A stretch of DNA of 25,321 nucleotides from Octopus sinensis (Eukaryota), in assembly GCF_006345805.1 (NCBI RefSeq), contig NW_021836194.1:1-25321 (forward strand). Reading direction: 5' to 3'. Made by a program: the position numbers and the translations under genes. Shown here one piece after another: positions 21,422 to 25,321 of this stretch; positions within the stretch are counted from its first letter, which is position 1; each line of letters opens with the position of its first letter. A model generated the notes under the pieces. That model was given only the letters and a program-made list of their open reading frames with translations, did not search any database and was not told the DNA's origin.

Positions 21422-22302
21422 TTATATATATATATAGGTGCAAGTGTGAACATTTATACTTGGTACCTTGCTTCATGCATTTTGTTACGTTGTTTAGTAT
21501 TACCGTTAAAACAACATTACTGTTGGTTTTGTTAAAAATGGCAGTATATTACGTTAGAATGCACTTACTTCAATGTTGTTCTTCATGTTTTTTGCACATG
21601 TGATTAATATGAACGATTTGCCTATGTGTGTATATGTATGTATATTTGTATATTTTATTTGTATATATGTATATATACATATATGTATGTATATATATAG
21701 TGTGTGTGTGTGTGTATGTATTTTGAGTATCTGCTTTACCATTTATTTTTTTATTCTTATTGGATAGTATCGGAAGCATGTTTTCTTTATATATCAATAT
21801 TATTATTATAACTTTATAGTTATGTATATCCTCTGACGAGGCCTTTGGTTATATAAACAGACAAACATAATCTTTAATGCCTAAGACTATACTACAATGG
21901 CATATATGAGCAATTTAAGTTGGATTGCCTCTTGACCATAGGGTGAAACAGCTGTAAGGAACAGTTTATTTCTATTATTTTTATTTTATTATTAATTTGC
22001 ATATTGATGTATATTGTTTTGTTCGATTTTCATGTTCCTATTTGTATAATTAATAAATAATATGGAATTGTAATATCCGTAATTTGATGATCGAAATGAA
22101 TTTGTTCCTCCATTTTCTTATTTGTATTATGAATTTACGGTAAAATATTTTATACTTTCACCCATCCAATATAATAAATGAATTAATTGCATTGCAATTA
22201 TAATCATTTATGTATTTAGTATTTGGGTACTTCACCAGCAGTATATTGGATAACTGATATCCCATAGTGGGTTAACCTCATAACCCCTATCTTACTTGGA
22301 CT

Positions 22303-22311
22303 AATATATAT

Positions 22312-22344
<33 letters not shown>

Positions 22345-22374
22345 GAGTATTTGTCTATGCAAGTTATATTATAT

Positions 22375-22423
<49 letters not shown>

Positions 22424-22532
22424 GTATATATATGTATATATGTATGTATGTATGTATATATATATATATATATTACACACATATGTATATATATGTATAT
22501 ATGTATGTATGTATATATTTATGTGTATGTTT
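22303..22532. repeat. Compound (TA)n/(TATG)n microsatellite
   Basis: Visible directly. Confidence 0.95.
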
Positions 22533-22740
22533 GTGTCTGTGTTTGTCCCACCGCTATCGCTTGAGAAGCGATGATGGTGAGATTACGTCTCCGTCACTTA
22601 GCGGTTCAGCAAAAAGTTTATGATGGAATAAATACTAGGCTTTCAAAGAATAAGTCCTGGGATCGATTTGTTCGGCTAAAGGCGGTGCTCCAGCATGGCT
22701 TCAGAGAAATGACTGAAACAAGTAAAAGATTAAAAGAATA
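22533..22740 (+). mobile_element. SINE group 2, right half
   Basis: Aligns with 7172-7382. Confidence 0.85.
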
Positions 22741-22753
22741 CAAACATATATAA

Positions 22754-22904
22754 GACAGGCTTCTTTCAGTTATCGTCAACCAAATCTACTCACAGTGTTT
22801 TGTTCGAGCGAGGGCATTGTTGAAGAAACCAGCCTAAGCTACAACGCAGTGGGACTGAACCCAGAACCATGTGGTTAGGAAGCAAGCTTCTTATCACACA
22901 GCCG
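22754..22904 (-). mobile_element. SINE group 2, left half, diverged
   Basis: Antisense to 6787-6949 (GCAGTGGGACTGAACCCAGAACCATGTGGTTAGGAAGCAAGC). Confidence 0.8.
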
Positions 22905-23169
22905 AATATACTTATACACACATATATCTATATATCGTATATGTAATCTAAGTACATAGATCTTTAAAAATTGAGTAAGAAAATAGAAAGGAGGTGAGGA
23001 AGAAATGCAATATTGTCTACAAGATTTGAAAGTCGCTATAGCAGTGCTAACCATTATAAGCAACACCAGAACTTTTAGAACATAAGACAGACTACTTAAA
23101 CTTAAAATTTAAGACATCTATCGACATATACGTATACATGTATGTATGTGTTATCATATGTATATTGTA

Positions 23170-23455
23170 GAGAGAGAGAGAGAGAAGAGATACATACATA
23201 CAATCATATACACACACACACATATATATACAGATATGTATTATATATATATATATTATATATATATATTATATATATAATATATATATATATATAATAT
23301 ATATATACACATGCACATATGCCACATATACACATAAGTACAATCAACACACACATACATATATTATTACAAAGATATTTAAAGTGAGGAGAGCAGAGAG
23401 GTAGATAGAGGCAGAAGGAGAGAGCGTAAGAGAGAGAGAGAGAGAGAGAGGAGAG
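23170..23455. repeat. Compound (GA)n/(CA)n/(TA)n microsatellite region
   Basis: Visible directly. Confidence 0.85.
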
Positions 23456-23781
23456 TGATCGTTATCCACATGTATTGCGTATACAGTTGCATACAGTAAT
23501 AAAAACTCTGAGAATTCCTGTAGGCTTTTAAATCCTACGGCTTATCAAATCTCATACTCAACTTTCGAATTTAAAGTTCTGTGAGGGAATTCCATCTGCA
23601 TTTTCCTTTTTTCTTCACCAGTAGAAATGTAATGTTTAGTGTTGCATATTGCCTATCATATTCTTTAATTCTGAGCGTATGCATGTCGCAATTTGTGTTC
23701 TGAATATTCTAGCTTATCTATATTTCAGCGTAACTTTTCATTTCATGCCCATCAGTAATCCTGGATGATGGTAGTGAAATA

Positions 23782-24017
23782 CAGTAATCCCTCGACTATC
23801 GCGGACGTTACGTTCCAAAACAATCCGCGATGGTTGAAAATACACGAAGTAGAAACAGTACTGCACTGTATATTTTTTTTATTAGCATTATCATTTGTAT
23901 ATATCTACTTTATTATAAATGCAAATCAACGTCTCGGAGGAATCAACGTAAGCTTAAATATTAAACCGTGATAGGTGAACTGCGATAAGTGAACCGTGAT
24001 ATGACGAAGGATTATTG
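23782..24017. mobile_element. pogo/Tigger-type MITE (236 bp)
   Basis: TA precedes the left TIR CAGTAATCCCTCGACTATCGCGG (23782-23804). The right end 23994-24017 reads CAATAATCCTTCGTCATATCACGG in reverse complement. CCGCGATAAGTGAA-like subterminal repeats lie near the right end. The right-hand TA is not preserved. Confidence 0.7.
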
Positions 24018-24396
24018 CCTATTACCAGTGACTCGAATGTTTTATAGTTTAATATCAGCGAAGGGTTGATTCAACGTAATGATTTTAATTGCTGTCCATT
24101 AATTTCCTACGTCTTGAATCGAGATATAATTGTTGAGAACACTAGCTTTAGCGTGTAAATCCTAGCAGAAATCTATATGGTAGGAAAGTTAATCCAAATT
24201 TTTAAGTGCGCACAAATAAAATGACGTCGTATGCTCTTTCTTCCAGTATGGTCCATATTTAATATACTCAAATTTTAATATAGTTAATATAGTGATATTA
24301 ATCACGTCGTCGTAAGCTCTACCGAAACCGTTTAGTAATTATTCATGCATGATTAATATAAAATCTTTTATGGAGAGATTTTATAATTGTTTTCAC

Positions 24397-24581
24397 GGTG
24401 GCGAGCTTGCAGAACCACATGTTGCATAAAATGCATTTTCCCGACAGTTTTCAGGCTCATTACATTCGGAGGTGAAATGCAACCGAGGCCTAGTTTGACC
24501 TCTATCCTTTTGTTGTCGATAAAATAAAATACCAGTCAAACATTCGAGTCGAAGTAATCAATAATATCTCCCTTACTAAAA
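24397..24581 (+). mobile_element. Old diverged SINE group 1 copy
   Basis: GGTGGCGAGCTTGCAGAA head, and TCTATCCTTTTGTTGTCGATAAAATAAAATACCAG matches the central box. Confidence 0.55.
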
Positions 24582-24823
24582 CGGTAATCGGTAATAAAAT
24601 CACAGGAAAAAGTCACAGCGATCAAGTCACAATTTTGCCTAGGAAAAGTCATATGAAAAAAAGTCACAGGAAAAAAAATCCCATTTAGTTTATAGGATCC
24701 GGACAAAACCCCTTCGGAACCACCATCCCCGCCCGGCAAAATCCACGTGACTTTTATTCCTGTGACTTTATTACCGTGGGTTTTTTTCTTGTGACTTTTT
24801 TATCTGTGACATCTTTTTTACCT
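24582..24823. mobile_element. Foldback-like non-autonomous element built from inverted arrays of a GGAAAAAAAGTCACA-type unit
   Basis: CGGTAATAAAATCACAGGAAAAAGTCAC (24589-24616) is inverted as GTGACTTTTATTCCTGTGACTTTATTACCG (24747-24776). Further AGTCAC units lie left and GTGACT units right of a GC-rich centre. Confidence 0.55.
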
Positions 24824-25188
24824 GGATTCAGTAAAACTACTGGCCTTGTGGCAGAATTATTATGGTTATCGATTTTATAATTTGCTTCGTACAAGTAGAA
24901 GGGAAGAGAACACGACCGTTTGCAGAGACTTTGAGATAACAGAGAGAAGAACGAACAAGTTAACTGTAGCCTTTTCCAAATTCTTTACCGGAAAAAAATT
25001 AAAATCATTGCTAAAACACCATCAGTGTGTCATCGATATCTCAGTTGCTTCACATATTGCCCCCGCTTCTAATAAAAATAGTTGCATGATTAAAAAACCA
25101 TTTAAACCTACGTATCGCATTTAATCATATAATCATATCTCTGTCTATCTATCTCACTCCCTCCCTCTCTTCCTCCTCTCACCCCCTC

Positions 25189-25225
<37 letters not shown>

Positions 25226-25242
25226 ACACACACATATATATC

Positions 25243-25296
25243 AAAGGCAGTGCTCCAGCATGGCCGCAGTCAAATGACTGAAACAAGTAAAAGAAT
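25243..25296 (+). mobile_element. SINE group 2, 3' terminal fragment
   Basis: AAAGGCAGTGCTCCAGCATGGCCGCAGTCAAATGACTGAAACAAGTAAAAGA matches the ends of 7172-7382 and 22533-22740. Confidence 0.85.
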
Positions 25297-25321
25297 ATAC
25301 ACACATATATATGTATATACA

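Noticed and set aside
24846-25124. 92-aa ORF
   Set aside because: Non-ATG start, no recognisable domain and no codon bias.

Overview
AT-rich, microsatellite-dense eukaryotic DNA made mostly of transposon relics. The SINE families and repeat style look like a coleoid cephalopod (Octopus-like); this is recognition by eye, not a search result. I recognise no host gene, apart from one GC-rich open frame on the minus strand (18772-18997) that may be a terminal coding exon. Mobile content: a Penelope-like element (PLE) fragment with the end of the RT region and a GIY-YIG endonuclease (675-1295), several PLE pseudo-LTR-like pieces, a CR1 LINE 3' end, a maT/DD37D-like Tc1/mariner relic, a pogo/Tigger-type MITE, a foldback-like element and about 15 tRNA-derived SINE copies or halves from three groups. 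The most notable signal is a set of type I hammerhead-ribozyme folds in at least three unrelated sequence families. One has a canonical core and sits inside a 77-bp inverted repeat that would pair with most of it. Two families share a non-canonical CUGU core. Almost all ORFs in the supplied track are microsatellite artefacts. No CRISPR, rRNA or true tRNA genes were seen.
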